Shown here one piece after another: positions 41,160 through 50,082 of a DNA stretch of 64,000 nt (position 1 is its first letter; each line of letters starts with the position of its first letter). The stretch is taken from the sequence record KX130865; one strand, given 5' to 3'. The DNA comes from Shigella phage SHSML-52-1. The position numbers were made by a program, and so were the translations under genes. The notes under the pieces are model-generated. The model searched no databases, was not told the origin of the DNA, and saw nothing but the letters and a program-made list of their open reading frames with translations.

Positions 41160-41462
41160 ATGGCCTTAAGAGCGATAGCCATTGTGGCGATGCTGGGGTT
41201 TTTTGCAGCAACGACTCCTATTGTTGGCACTGCATATGTTGACCCATACTTTGATAACTTTATGGAATCAGGGATTAAAAACGTATATACTTTGTTCGAA
41301 ATTCAAAATGTTGAGAATTCTGAAAAATTTTATAAGTATATGGCAAAGCATTACAAAAATAGCCCCTGTGATGATGCATTTGAATGCCAGGAACAAGGCA
41401 TAAAAACTGCCAGACAATTTGCTGAGTTCATGAAAATAAAATTAGAGCCTACATCTATCTAA
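41160..41462 (+). CDS. rI: lysis inhibition regulator rI (antiholin-binding periplasmic protein)
   Basis: 100 aa; signal-anchor MALRAIAIVAMLGFFAA; VDPYFDNFMESGIKNVY...KNSPCDDAFEC close to T4 RI; adjacent to tk as in T4. Confidence 0.85.
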   Translation: MALRAIAIVAMLGFFAATTPIVGTAYVDPYFDNFMESGIKNVYTLFEIQNVENSEKFYKYMAKHYKNSPCDDAFECQEQGIKTARQFAEFMKIKLEPTSI

Positions 41463-41469
41463 TTTACTA

Positions 41470-41496
41470 GCCCCTTCCTTATGGTTGGGGCTTTTT
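41470..41496 (+). terminator. intrinsic terminator, copy 3 of 3
   Basis: GCCCCTTCCTTATGGTTGGGGCTTTTT right after the rI stop; identical stem-loop to 26358. Confidence 0.7.
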
Positions 41497-41507
41497 GGCG
41501 TCTATCA

Positions 41508-41557
41508 GTTTACTTCTCCTCAGGTTGTGTTATAGTAGTCTTTACTTACTAGAGGAG
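41508..41557 (+). promoter_or_regulatory. early promoter cassette (-10 TATAGT; CTCCTC/GAGGAG arms)
   Basis: GTTTAC 41508-41513; TATAGT 41531-41536; right arm GAGGAG 41552-41557 is the SD of the next ORF. Confidence 0.55.
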
Positions 41558-41563
41558 AACGTT

Positions 41564-41743
41564 ATGACACGTAAAGAAAAGATTTCTAAGTTGATGTTTT
41601 TGATTGAAGAGTACGCTAATGCGGTATCTGATTGGGAAAATGCTCATGGTTGCGAAGATGGAGACATCGACATTAACAGAGCTATGAAAAAGATGGCCGA
41701 CGCCCACACTGAATTGCAAATGTATGTTAACGAGATTATGTGA
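41564..41743 (+). CDS. hypothetical protein
   Basis: 59 aa from ATG 41564 (GAGGAG SD). Confidence 0.45.
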   Translation: MTRKEKISKLMFLIEEYANAVSDWENAHGCEDGDIDINRAMKKMADAHTELQMYVNEIM

Positions 41744-41750
41744 GGATATT

Positions 41751-41957
41751 ATGCTTTACGATTATACTGGAAAATCTGAAGACGGTGTGGTTGAACTTTT
41801 ACCTGAAAGCGCTGAAGATGATGATATGGTGGCAATGTTTTGTAAAAATGGTCCTGGGGATAAGGGATGGATTTATCTTCGTCAAGAAAATGACCTAATT
41901 GTTTTAGACCCAAAACAAGTTGAAGAACTTTATCAACATTTAAAACACAATCGGTAG
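41751..41957 (+). CDS. hypothetical protein
   Basis: 68 aa from ATG 41751 (GAGGA SD). Confidence 0.45.
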   Translation: MLYDYTGKSEDGVVELLPESAEDDDMVAMFCKNGPGDKGWIYLRQENDLIVLDPKQVEELYQHLKHNR

Positions 41958-41994
41958 TTTACATCTTGATAGGACTATGTTATAGTAGTCCTAC
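41957..41994 (+). promoter_or_regulatory. early promoter cassette (ATAGGACTATGTTATAGTAGTCCTA family)
   Basis: GTTTAC 41957-41962; TATAGT 41981-41986; arms 41969-41977 and 41986-41994. Confidence 0.55.
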
Positions 41995-42014
41995 CAAAAC
42001 AAACGGAGAACAAA

Positions 42015-42125
42015 ATGAAACTTTTGCTTATCGCTTATGTTGTAGTACAATACAATTATCCGATGTTTACTTATAACATGGTAAACGGCATAGTGAATCT
42101 TATTGAAACGAGTATGGTAAAATGA
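42015..42125 (+). CDS. possible small hydrophobic peptide (36 aa)
   Basis: ATG 42015 preceded by GGAGAA; MKLLLIAYVVVQY...; below the ORF track threshold. Confidence 0.3.
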   Translation: MKLLLIAYVVVQYNYPMFTYNMVNGIVNLIETSMVK

Positions 42126-42301
42126 CCCGTGAACAAGCTAATAAATTGATGGACCTTATCCGTGACCTACGTGAAGCCGATTCAGATTTGAATGATGTAG
42201 CTTATCACGCGGTAAATGATAACGGAGACTTTTATGAAAATCAGGTTGATGCGTGCCAGAATGCTTTGGTGAATTTTGTTGAAACTTTAATTGGTGAATA
42301 A
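42122..42301 (+). CDS. hypothetical small protein (59 aa)
   Basis: ATGA overlap with previous ORF; fills the gap before 42303. Confidence 0.4.
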   Translation: MTREQANKLMDLIRDLREADSDLNDVAYHAVNDNGDFYENQVDACQNALVNFVETLIGE

Positions 42302-42302
42302 T

Positions 42303-42833
42303 ATGAAAATTGTAATTGAAACAACCGAGTTGTTTGGTGATTTATGTATCGAAAAACGTGGTTATGCTTACGTTCTGACACAAGAAGATGATTCTGTTAC
42401 TATTCTTCCTATGGAACTAGACAAGATTTTGAAACTCAATCCGCCAGGCCATGCAGCTGTAATTAACATCGATGAAGACCTCCAAGTTCGTTTTTATCCT
42501 GGACTTTACAACGCGGCCAATATCGAAACTGAAGACGAATGTTTTTCTATTAATAATTGGAAAACATTCGTCACTAAGGTGAAAGAATTAATGGAATCTG
42601 AAATAGCCAAAAAGGCCAAACTTCAATGGGCTAAATGCCGTAATGCTTTTATTACAAATCAGGACCGCCCTGACTATACAACAGTCCTAGGCGTTAATCC
42701 TTCTTATGAAGATGGCGATGTTGTAGTTATTCGTCAAATTGATGACCTTCGTCAACATATCGTTACATTAGACAAAGATGAAGCAGTTGCTCTTAAAGCT
42801 TATCTCGATTCTATTATCCCGACTTTGAAATAA
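42303..42833 (+). CDS. hypothetical protein
   Basis: 176 aa from ATG 42303. Confidence 0.55.
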   Translation: MKIVIETTELFGDLCIEKRGYAYVLTQEDDSVTILPMELDKILKLNPPGHAAVINIDEDLQVRFYPGLYNAANIETEDECFSINNWKTFVTKVKELMESEIAKKAKLQWAKCRNAFITNQDRPDYTTVLGVNPSYEDGDVVVIRQIDDLRQHIVTLDKDEAVALKAYLDSIIPTLK

Positions 42834-42842
42834 GGAATTATT

Positions 42843-43316
42843 ATGATTATCAATGAAAACTCTTGGCACTTTAAAATTTATGCCGCGTTCAATAGTACAT
42901 GGAATCGCCCGAAAACGTTGTGTGCTTATTTTTGGAAAACGTTAATCCCGGTGCTGGCTGCTTCAATTATTGGATTTGCGATTTTAGCAGCAGTCACAAT
43001 CATTGGCCAGGAAATTTTAACTAAATTCTTTGTTTTTAGCAGTCTATGGACATTAGTTCCAGCTTCAATTGGTGTAGGCATTTTAATTGTAGCAGTCATG
43101 GCTTTTATTGCTACAGGGTTGATAATTGGTCCGTCTTGGTTGTTAGACAAATATAACGACAGAAAATATTATAAAGAAATTGAGCTCATTGCACAAAACC
43201 AAGAACGAATTAAAAATGGACTTGAGCCTATTGAACGTAAGAAATCATTAATAGGTGAATACCTTAAAGCTCGTAAAGAAAAAGTCTGTCCTACTCTTGA
43301 ATATAAGGCTAAATAA
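42843..43316 (+). CDS. membrane protein (2-3 TM helices)
   Basis: 157 aa; long hydrophobic segments; Lys-rich C-terminus. Confidence 0.55.
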   Translation: MIINENSWHFKIYAAFNSTWNRPKTLCAYFWKTLIPVLAASIIGFAILAAVTIIGQEILTKFFVFSSLWTLVPASIGVGILIVAVMAFIATGLIIGPSWLLDKYNDRKYYKEIELIAQNQERIKNGLEPIERKKSLIGEYLKARKEKVCPTLEYKAK

Positions 43317-44302
43317 TGAAAACGATTGTTAAGGCTTACTTTGGTAGCCACCTTTATGGAACGTCTACTCCTGAATCTGACGTTGATTTTAAAGAAATTT
43401 ATGTCCCTCATGCTCGTGATATTTTGACCGGTAACGTTAAAGAACATATGAGCAAGAACACGAATAACACATCTTCTAAGAACACAAAAGACGACGTAGA
43501 CCATGAGTTGTATAGTCTCAAATATTTCTTTAAACTAGCTGCAGATGGTGAAACCGTCGCATTAGATATGCTTCACACTCCACCGAGTCTAGTAGTTAAA
43601 TCTGATTTGCCTGATGTATGGAAGTATATTCAAGATAACAGATCTCGTTTCTATACCACTAACATGAAATCTTATTTAGGGTATGTCCGTAAGCAAGCTT
43701 CTAAATATGGCGTCAAGGGTTCTCGTCTGGCTGTTCTCCGACAAGCCCTTAAACGTTCTAATGAATGGGGACAATACTTTGATAACGGTGCAGTAATTCG
43801 TTTATCACATATGAAGAATGTTCTGCCTATAGGTGAATTTGCTTCGTGGATTGAAACCGAAAACGAGAAAACAGGTAAGCAAACATTCTATAATCTGTTA
43901 GACCGTAAATTCCAAGACACGTTAACCAATAAAGAGTTCAATGCCATCCTGGTTAAACTGGAAGAGAACTATGGTGAACGTGCTCGTAAGGCAGAAGCTA
44001 ACGAAGGTATTGATTGGAAAGCATTGAGTCATGCATGCCGTGGTGGACTTCAGCTCTTAGAAATTTACAAAACCGGCGACCTGGTTTACCCGCTTCAGGA
44101 TGCTCCATTTATTCTCGATGTTAAGCTTGGTAAACATACGTTTAAAACCGTACAGGAATTCTTAGAAGATATCGTTGACCAAGTTGAACATGCCGCAGAA
44201 CAAGCCGCTAAGAACGGTATGCAGCAAAAAGTAGATATGAGTTTCTGGGATGACTTCCTTGAGCAAGTCTACTTAGAAAACCACAATTCATACTATAAAT
44301 GA
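43316..44302 (+). CDS. Pol-beta-superfamily nucleotidyltransferase-like protein
   Basis: 328 aa; N-terminal FGSHLYGTSTPESDVDF fits the hG[GS]x(9-13)DhD nucleotidyltransferase signature. Confidence 0.6.
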   Translation: MKTIVKAYFGSHLYGTSTPESDVDFKEIYVPHARDILTGNVKEHMSKNTNNTSSKNTKDDVDHELYSLKYFFKLAADGETVALDMLHTPPSLVVKSDLPDVWKYIQDNRSRFYTTNMKSYLGYVRKQASKYGVKGSRLAVLRQALKRSNEWGQYFDNGAVIRLSHMKNVLPIGEFASWIETENEKTGKQTFYNLLDRKFQDTLTNKEFNAILVKLEENYGERARKAEANEGIDWKALSHACRGGLQLLEIYKTGDLVYPLQDAPFILDVKLGKHTFKTVQEFLEDIVDQVEHAAEQAAKNGMQQKVDMSFWDDFLEQVYLENHNSYYK

Positions 44303-44304
44303 TA

Positions 44305-44320
44305 AGGGCCTTCGGGCCCT
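44305..44320 (+). terminator. UUCG-loop hairpin (weak terminator or RNA stability element)
   Basis: AGGGCC-TTCG-GGCCCT directly after the stop at 44302; only a short T-run follows. Confidence 0.4.
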
Positions 44321-44349
44321 TTAGGGGGTCAAAATATTTTTAAAAAGTA

Positions 44350-44378
44350 GTGTACATGCTTTTAGGATATGTTATTAT
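44350..44378 (+). promoter_or_regulatory. early promoter (-35 GTGTAC, -10 TATTAT)
   Basis: GTGTAC 44350-44355, 17-nt spacer, TATTAT 44373-44378. Confidence 0.5.
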
Positions 44379-44409
44379 AGGACCTATCAAAACAAGAGGA
44401 GAAAACAAA

Positions 44410-44628
44410 ATGAAAACCAAAATGTTAGAAATGATTCGTGAAGCTGGTGATAAAGGTCTTATGGTTAACACTCGTAATGCAGACCAACGTCAAGCATTCG
44501 GTAAACTGAAATCTAAAGGTCTGGTTAAAGCATCCTTGGGAATCGGTAATGCATTACGAGTCACTTTGACTCCTGCCGGTAAAGCAGTGTTCTTTCAACC
44601 TCTTACCAAAAAATCTCGTCGCAAATAA
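44410..44628 (+). CDS. small basic protein (possible DNA/RNA binding)
   Basis: 72 aa from ATG 44410 (AAGAGGAGAAAA SD). Confidence 0.5.
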   Translation: MKTKMLEMIREAGDKGLMVNTRNADQRQAFGKLKSKGLVKASLGIGNALRVTLTPAGKAVFFQPLTKKSRRK

Positions 44629-44630
44629 TT

Positions 44631-44659
44631 GTTTACTTTTGCTTTAAACATGTTATTAT
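44631..44659 (+). promoter_or_regulatory. early promoter (-35 GTTTAC, -10 TATTAT)
   Basis: GTTTAC 44631-44636, 17-nt spacer, TATTAT 44654-44659. Confidence 0.55.
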
Positions 44660-44698
44660 AGACCTATCGAAACGAAATGAGTAAATTTGGAGAATAAA

Positions 44699-45679
44699 AT
44701 GTTCAACGTTCAAATCAAAAAAGGTATCTATCGTAATAACGAAATCTCTGGTTCTTATGTTGCCACAAAGACATGGTTCCCGGCAAAGCTTAATCCTGAA
44801 TGTTCCCACTTAGGTGACGGTAAAATTTTCGTTATGATTGATGGTTCTGAACGTGGAGTATGGGTCTTCAAATCAGACATCGTAATGGAAGGAGTTGAGA
44901 CATCACCAGTTGCAGTTGTTGAAAGCACTGAAGATATGAAAACTCGTATCAACAAACGCTTTAAAGTAATGAACATGATGACGAATGGTATTATCGATGG
45001 CAAAATTTGTTCACTCATTATTTCAGGTGCAGCCGGTATTGGTAAGACGTATTCTCTGGATAAAGCACTTAATAATGCTAATGATAACGGTTTCATCAAA
45101 TACAAAAGCATTAATGGTAAAATCTCTGGTATTGGCCTTTACGAACAACTTTGGCTCAACCGTGATGCAGACAGCGTTCTCTTAATCGACGACGTTGACG
45201 TATTCTCGGATATGGACATCTTGAACCTTCTTAAAGCAGCATTAGATACTGGTGATAAACGCAAAGTTTGCTGGAGCACTGCGTCATCTTATCTCGATGA
45301 TAAGGGTATCGATAAAGAATTTGAGTTTGAAGGTACTATCGTTTTCATTACAAACGTTGATATTGATAAAGAGTTAGAACGCGGTTCGAAACTTGCTCCA
45401 CACCTTCAAGCTTTAGTATCTCGTTCAGTGTATTTGGACCTTGGAGTACACTCTAATGAAGAGATTATGGTTCGAGTTGAAGATGTAATATTATCTACTG
45501 ACATGATGCAGAAACGTGGCTTGACTGATGCTGAAACGTACAAAGCATTGTCCTGGATGAAGGCTAACGTATCTCGTCTTCGCAATGTATCATTACGTAC
45601 GGCTCTTTATGTAGCAGATTTTATTTCAACTGATAAAGATGGTTGGGAGGAAATCTCTGAAGTAACTTTATTGAAATAA
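44699..45679 (+). CDS. AAA+ ATPase-like protein
   Basis: 326 aa from ATG 44699; Walker A GAAGIGKT, Walker B VLLIDDVD. Confidence 0.65.
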   Translation: MFNVQIKKGIYRNNEISGSYVATKTWFPAKLNPECSHLGDGKIFVMIDGSERGVWVFKSDIVMEGVETSPVAVVESTEDMKTRINKRFKVMNMMTNGIIDGKICSLIISGAAGIGKTYSLDKALNNANDNGFIKYKSINGKISGIGLYEQLWLNRDADSVLLIDDVDVFSDMDILNLLKAALDTGDKRKVCWSTASSYLDDKGIDKEFEFEGTIVFITNVDIDKELERGSKLAPHLQALVSRSVYLDLGVHSNEEIMVRVEDVILSTDMMQKRGLTDAETYKALSWMKANVSRLRNVSLRTALYVADFISTDKDGWEEISEVTLLK

Positions 45680-45817
45680 GCTTACAGGAAGTCCTGAGGT
45701 AACAAAAGCCACAAAGATTAATAACCATATGGCTTACCTCAAAGAAGGACACCAGGAACCTACTGAGGGCATAGAAATATTTAAAAATAATGATGTACAA
45801 ATCAAAGAGGATATGTT

Positions 45818-46105
45818 ATGGATTTTATGCAAAAAATCAAAGCCGCAGTCGAACTGTATGCACATCGTATGGTTAGTTCTACGATGCAATATAGCGAGGA
45901 AGTTCGCCAGGACTCTTCCTTGAAAGGAAAAACTAAAGCCTTAATTACCTTAGATCGTTTGCAAAAGAATGCCCTAGAGATGCTCCAGTACGACAAGGGA
46001 GTATATAAGAAAGAACAGGAAGAGAAACTTAAGTCTGAAAAATTACAAAAAATCCCGAAGTCTGTTTGGTTCAGTGGAAAAAATACTGAAAAAAGTTTCT
46101 TTTAG
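45818..46105 (+). CDS. hypothetical protein
   Basis: 95 aa; AAGAGG SD 7 nt upstream of ATG. Confidence 0.5.
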   Translation: MDFMQKIKAAVELYAHRMVSSTMQYSEEVRQDSSLKGKTKALITLDRLQKNALEMLQYDKGVYKKEQEEKLKSEKLQKIPKSVWFSGKNTEKSFF

Positions 46106-46107
46106 TT

Positions 46108-46136
46108 GTTTACAAGGTCTATGGTTATGTTATTAT
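46108..46136 (+). promoter_or_regulatory. early promoter (-35 GTTTAC, -10 TATTAT)
   Basis: GTTTAC 46108-46113, 17-nt spacer, TATTAT 46131-46136; AGGTCTAT/ATAGACCT arms. Confidence 0.55.
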
Positions 46137-46163
46137 AGACCTATCAACTACTGGAGGTAAAAC

Positions 46164-46691
46164 ATGAACGCTAAAGATATTTTCAACCTGGTAAATTATA
46201 ACGACGGTAAATTTAAATCTGAAGCACAAAGCAAGTTCTTTAATGACGTTGCTTATGATAACGAGATTACCGTGGACGGAGGTCAGATTTTCAAATCTCG
46301 CTGGAATTGGATTGTTATCATCGATTCAGTTGGAATTGTGGAAGTCTACAAAAACACTAACAAAAAACGTACATTATTCTGGTCTCGTGAAACTAACGAG
46401 CAGTACAAAAAGGATAAAGCGTCTCGTTTATCCAAAGTAACCCAGGAAGATATCGAGTTTATCAAGAAAGATATCGAGATGTACGAAAATTTAATCGCTG
46501 AAGACCAGGCAGTACTCGACAAGTTTGATGAAATTAAAGCTTCTCGTGAAATCCCTGACTTCATGAAAGAAACAGTAAACGAACGATACGCTCTCACTTC
46601 AGAACGTATTGCAAACTATACAAAACAGAAAGCAGAACGTATTAGTACTCTTCGGAAATTTGAAGAACGTTTAAAGACGGTTCACGCATAA
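46164..46691 (+). CDS. hypothetical protein
   Basis: 175 aa; GGAGG SD. Confidence 0.55.
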   Translation: MNAKDIFNLVNYNDGKFKSEAQSKFFNDVAYDNEITVDGGQIFKSRWNWIVIIDSVGIVEVYKNTNKKRTLFWSRETNEQYKKDKASRLSKVTQEDIEFIKKDIEMYENLIAEDQAVLDKFDEIKASREIPDFMKETVNERYALTSERIANYTKQKAERISTLRKFEERLKTVHA

Positions 46692-46753
46692 ACGCTTTAC
46701 CCAAGGACGGGTTATAATGGTTTTGAGTTCCAATTCAATCTGAGGAAATAGTT

Positions 46754-47749
46754 ATGAGTATTACATCTGATGCGGTAAAACATGAAATTAACGGTTTATG
46801 TGCTTCACAGATTAAAGTGTGGTTTAAAGACCATAATGATCGCAGAGCACTTAATTACGAGCAAATTGCTATCCAAGTTCATCAATTACTGACTAGTAAA
46901 TTTGATTTTCATATGCCGTCTGAAATCTATACTAATCTGCCGCTAGCACTTATTAAAGCGTGTAAAGGTTATGGAAAATCAATGGCTGATGGAATCTTCA
47001 GCGCGCTGAATAAACTTAACGTTCTGTCGATGATTAACTCTAACAACATCCTGCGTAATCTAGGATGTACTGATTTGTTCGGTCGTGAACAGGGTAAAAT
47101 GCCTTTGAAATGGATTGTTGCTCATCTTAACGAGAACCAAACACGTTTTATGGCCGTAACAGCACGTTTACAAATGGGCCTAGATCGTCAGATGAACTTT
47201 AAAACTCATCCACGTTATTCAGGTTCAACAGACTTTTATAAATGTGAGCTTCAAAAGGTCGGTGGCAAAACTGTCTTAGTAGTTCGTGTAACGTTTGAAG
47301 GACGACGTCAAGGATATTTTGACCTAATCGGCTCTGGTCTTAAACATTGCGGATTTATCGACGAAGTTGATATCAAGCGAGACGGTATCCAATACCGTAT
47401 TGGGTATGTTTGTACTCTTAAAGAAGAGATTTCAGGACCGGCACCAGGACTAAAAGATGTTAGATATAAAAACGAGTTCGTTGAAGAAATAAAAGAAGTT
47501 GAATATGATATCAACCAAGAAGATGCTCTTAAAGACCTTATTGATGAACTGAACCAAGACGTTATTCCGGTTCAGAAATTTGAATCAAAACATGCTGAGC
47601 AAATCAAATACTTTGAAGCTTTGATTAACGAACTTAATGTAACTATTCAACAGACTGACGATGAAATCTCACGATTAGCAGGCTTAAATGGTAAAAATAA
47701 AACAGAACGAGCTAATCTTATTCAAGTAGTAAAACTTCTTAAGGAATGA
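46754..47749 (+). CDS. hypothetical protein with C-terminal coiled coil (331 aa)
   Basis: Long ORF; last ~70 aa heptad-rich. Confidence 0.6.
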   Translation: MSITSDAVKHEINGLCASQIKVWFKDHNDRRALNYEQIAIQVHQLLTSKFDFHMPSEIYTNLPLALIKACKGYGKSMADGIFSALNKLNVLSMINSNNILRNLGCTDLFGREQGKMPLKWIVAHLNENQTRFMAVTARLQMGLDRQMNFKTHPRYSGSTDFYKCELQKVGGKTVLVVRVTFEGRRQGYFDLIGSGLKHCGFIDEVDIKRDGIQYRIGYVCTLKEEISGPAPGLKDVRYKNEFVEEIKEVEYDINQEDALKDLIDELNQDVIPVQKFESKHAEQIKYFEALINELNVTIQQTDDEISRLAGLNGKNKTERANLIQVVKLLKE

Positions 47750-47779
47750 TGTACAACCAAGGATGGTTGGAGTATAATA
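47749..47779 (+). promoter_or_regulatory. early promoter cassette, duplicate A (TACAACCAAGGATGGTTGGAGTATAAT)
   Basis: 27 nt at 47752-47778 identical to 48772-48798; -10 TATAAT 47774-47779; AACCA/TGGTT hairpin between -35 and -10. Confidence 0.6.
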
Positions 47780-47804
47780 AATTTTTCAACATGAGGAATA
47801 TAAA

Positions 47805-48764
47805 ATGGCTTTTATTACACGTAGAGAACTTATCAAAGAATTTACCTCGAACGCATATACTCCAGGACCTAATCCTATCCGTATGCCTGTAAAAACTCCT
47901 GAAGAGATTGAGGAAATCTGTTCATATTATGGGATTACTTCTCGTATGTTTACTCAATTTGAATGTGTTACTAACACGCCCGTTAAAGAGTTCATTAAAA
48001 ATGGTGAGTTCAGCCGTTTATTAGCCAAACAGAAACTTCGTAATTTTTGTATTGGCGGTGAAGGTCAATATTTCGCTAAGCAGTTCCGGAATAACCTTAA
48101 CAATCTGATGGCCATTGCTTCTCGTATTCGTCCTCAAGCAATTAACATGAAACATTTAAAATATACTTACGATAAGTTAGAAATCATGGTTATCAGCGAG
48201 AACGAGTTCACTCTTACGTATAAACCTAAGAATGATAACGTTGCTCGTGTATTCCACCAAGCGTTGGAAGTTTTAGGTGATAATATCCACCAGATTAAAG
48301 CAATTTATTCTCGTGAGCTTAATATTATCGACCCTATCAAGAATAAGGGCCATATCGCTATCCAGGCTCGTGTATCTATTGGTAAAAAGGTTCCTGCGCC
48401 GTGGTGGCACAAAGACTCTGAATACTATCAAAATCTTAAAAAGGAAAATGCAACATTTGAAGCGTCAATTACTGCAACCCCAATTGGTAATGCTGAAGTT
48501 CTAGGTTCATATTCTACTTCGGGTAAATCAATGTTTAAAGGTTTGCCAAATGTGTGCAAACTGTCTGCAGTAAAACTAAATGTTTCTAATGACCTTCTTC
48601 CGGTCGAAGATTACCATTACAATCAAATCAAGGCCACTATGGACCAACTGTCTGTTGAACTTGACAAAGCACAAGCTAAGCTTCGTGATGCTCAAAGTGT
48701 TGTAACGAATCTCCAGTTGCAGTACTCTAAACTTTTTAACGCAATGAATGCATTAAAATCATAA
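47805..48764 (+). CDS. hypothetical protein with C-terminal coiled coil (319 aa)
   Basis: Downstream of duplicated promoter cassette A. Confidence 0.6.
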   Translation: MAFITRRELIKEFTSNAYTPGPNPIRMPVKTPEEIEEICSYYGITSRMFTQFECVTNTPVKEFIKNGEFSRLLAKQKLRNFCIGGEGQYFAKQFRNNLNNLMAIASRIRPQAINMKHLKYTYDKLEIMVISENEFTLTYKPKNDNVARVFHQALEVLGDNIHQIKAIYSRELNIIDPIKNKGHIAIQARVSIGKKVPAPWWHKDSEYYQNLKKENATFEASITATPIGNAEVLGSYSTSGKSMFKGLPNVCKLSAVKLNVSNDLLPVEDYHYNQIKATMDQLSVELDKAQAKLRDAQSVVTNLQLQYSKLFNAMNALKS

Positions 48765-48768
48765 AATA

Positions 48769-48799
48769 GTTTACAACCAAGGATGGTTGGAGTATAATG
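48769..48799 (+). promoter_or_regulatory. early promoter cassette, duplicate B
   Basis: GTTTAC 48769-48774; TATAAT 48794-48799; same 27-nt core as duplicate A. Confidence 0.6.
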
Positions 48800-48826
48800 A
48801 ATCTATCTTAACTAGAGGAAAATATT

Positions 48827-49777
48827 ATGACACGTTCACATTACATTGAATACTTTGCCGGTCTTATCGCTAACGTTCATGCTCAGCGCGCTTCTGGTGC
48901 ACTAGGATTTGATGTTCCACACCGAGATGTAGTAAGTGGTATTCTTCGCGATTTTGGTACATACACAGGCCAAGAAAATCATATCTGTAAAGATACTCAG
49001 AATGCATATTCTCATTCATTAGGGACACTGCTTCAATGGTTCAAACGTTCTCGTTTATTATCTTCTACTGTAGCTCGCGATAACATTAAAAACTTTATGA
49101 AACCGAGCTTTATTAAATCTGTGACATCTAAAACCGATTTGGTTGAATTCACTATTGTTAATGATGTTAAAAAGACTCATTTAGCTGATTGGTTATCTAC
49201 CATTCCTGAAACTAAATTTGCTGATAAATTTGCTTGTGAATTCAATAACCAAGTGAATATGCTTTTTAAACATTCTTGTAAATTATTCACGGGCGGTGAT
49301 GGTCGTACAAATAAAGTTCATGTTAAAGATTGGGTTACTGCAGTATTCAAACCAACAGGTAATGGTAACGCATCATTATCAATTGATATCCAGGTTCCTT
49401 ATTACTACTCACGTAATCTCGGTACCATGAAAGCTGAAGAAATTAATAAGCATAACAAAACCGTTCGTTCATTGTCTTATAAACTTATTACATTGTTAGA
49501 GACTATGGATGTTGTTGAAACGTTCGACGAATCCGAAGATAACGGTTCAATGTTATACAGTTCTCGTACCCGAATTAAGCTGAAGAACCCTAATACGTAT
49601 AAACCTAAGCTTATTAAAGAACCTAAAGCAGAAAAGGTTGATATCATGGCTGAAGAACGTGAGTACCTCAAATCTCGTCTGAAAGAAGTCGAAGCCCAGA
49701 TTGCAGAACAAACTAAATCGTTAAAAGCTCTGAATGCGAAAGCGGACGGTTTACGAAATGCCATTGAGGTGTTATAA
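48827..49777 (+). CDS. hypothetical protein with C-terminal coiled coil (316 aa)
   Basis: Downstream of duplicated promoter cassette B. Confidence 0.6.
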   Translation: MTRSHYIEYFAGLIANVHAQRASGALGFDVPHRDVVSGILRDFGTYTGQENHICKDTQNAYSHSLGTLLQWFKRSRLLSSTVARDNIKNFMKPSFIKSVTSKTDLVEFTIVNDVKKTHLADWLSTIPETKFADKFACEFNNQVNMLFKHSCKLFTGGDGRTNKVHVKDWVTAVFKPTGNGNASLSIDIQVPYYYSRNLGTMKAEEINKHNKTVRSLSYKLITLLETMDVVETFDESEDNGSMLYSSRTRIKLKNPNTYKPKLIKEPKAEKVDIMAEEREYLKSRLKEVEAQIAEQTKSLKALNAKADGLRNAIEVL

Positions 49778-50082
49778 TGAACCTACGTCTTCTAGAGGAT
49801 ATTGATATGAGCACTAATCATGGCTTAGTTAAGTTTATTGATGATAGTTCAAAGATTGAATTTGTTCAGCGAGATAAAATTCATGGTGAAGAAGAGTTCG
49901 TTCCTCCAGCATGGAACGAAATAATGAAAATGGTTGAACGACGTGAAAATGCTGCCAAATCGGCAGCAAAACATCCATGTCCGGAATGTGGAACTATCCA
50001 AGTCCAATTGGTTAACTGGACCAGTGATAACTTGAAATTGAAATGCCGTAAATGCTTCCACAAATTTGAGAGAACATTATAA
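49777..50082 (+). CDS. zinc-ribbon protein
   Basis: 101 aa; CPECG...CRKC four-Cys motif. Confidence 0.5.
   Translation: MNLRLLEDIDMSTNHGLVKFIDDSSKIEFVQRDKIHGEEEFVPPAWNEIMKMVERRENAAKSAAKHPCPECGTIQVQLVNWTSDNLKLKCRKCFHKFERTL

Noticed and set aside
45729-45923. 64-aa ORF overlapping 45818-46105
   Set aside because: Out of frame with the downstream ORF, which has the better SD (AAGAGG 7 nt upstream of ATG 45818).
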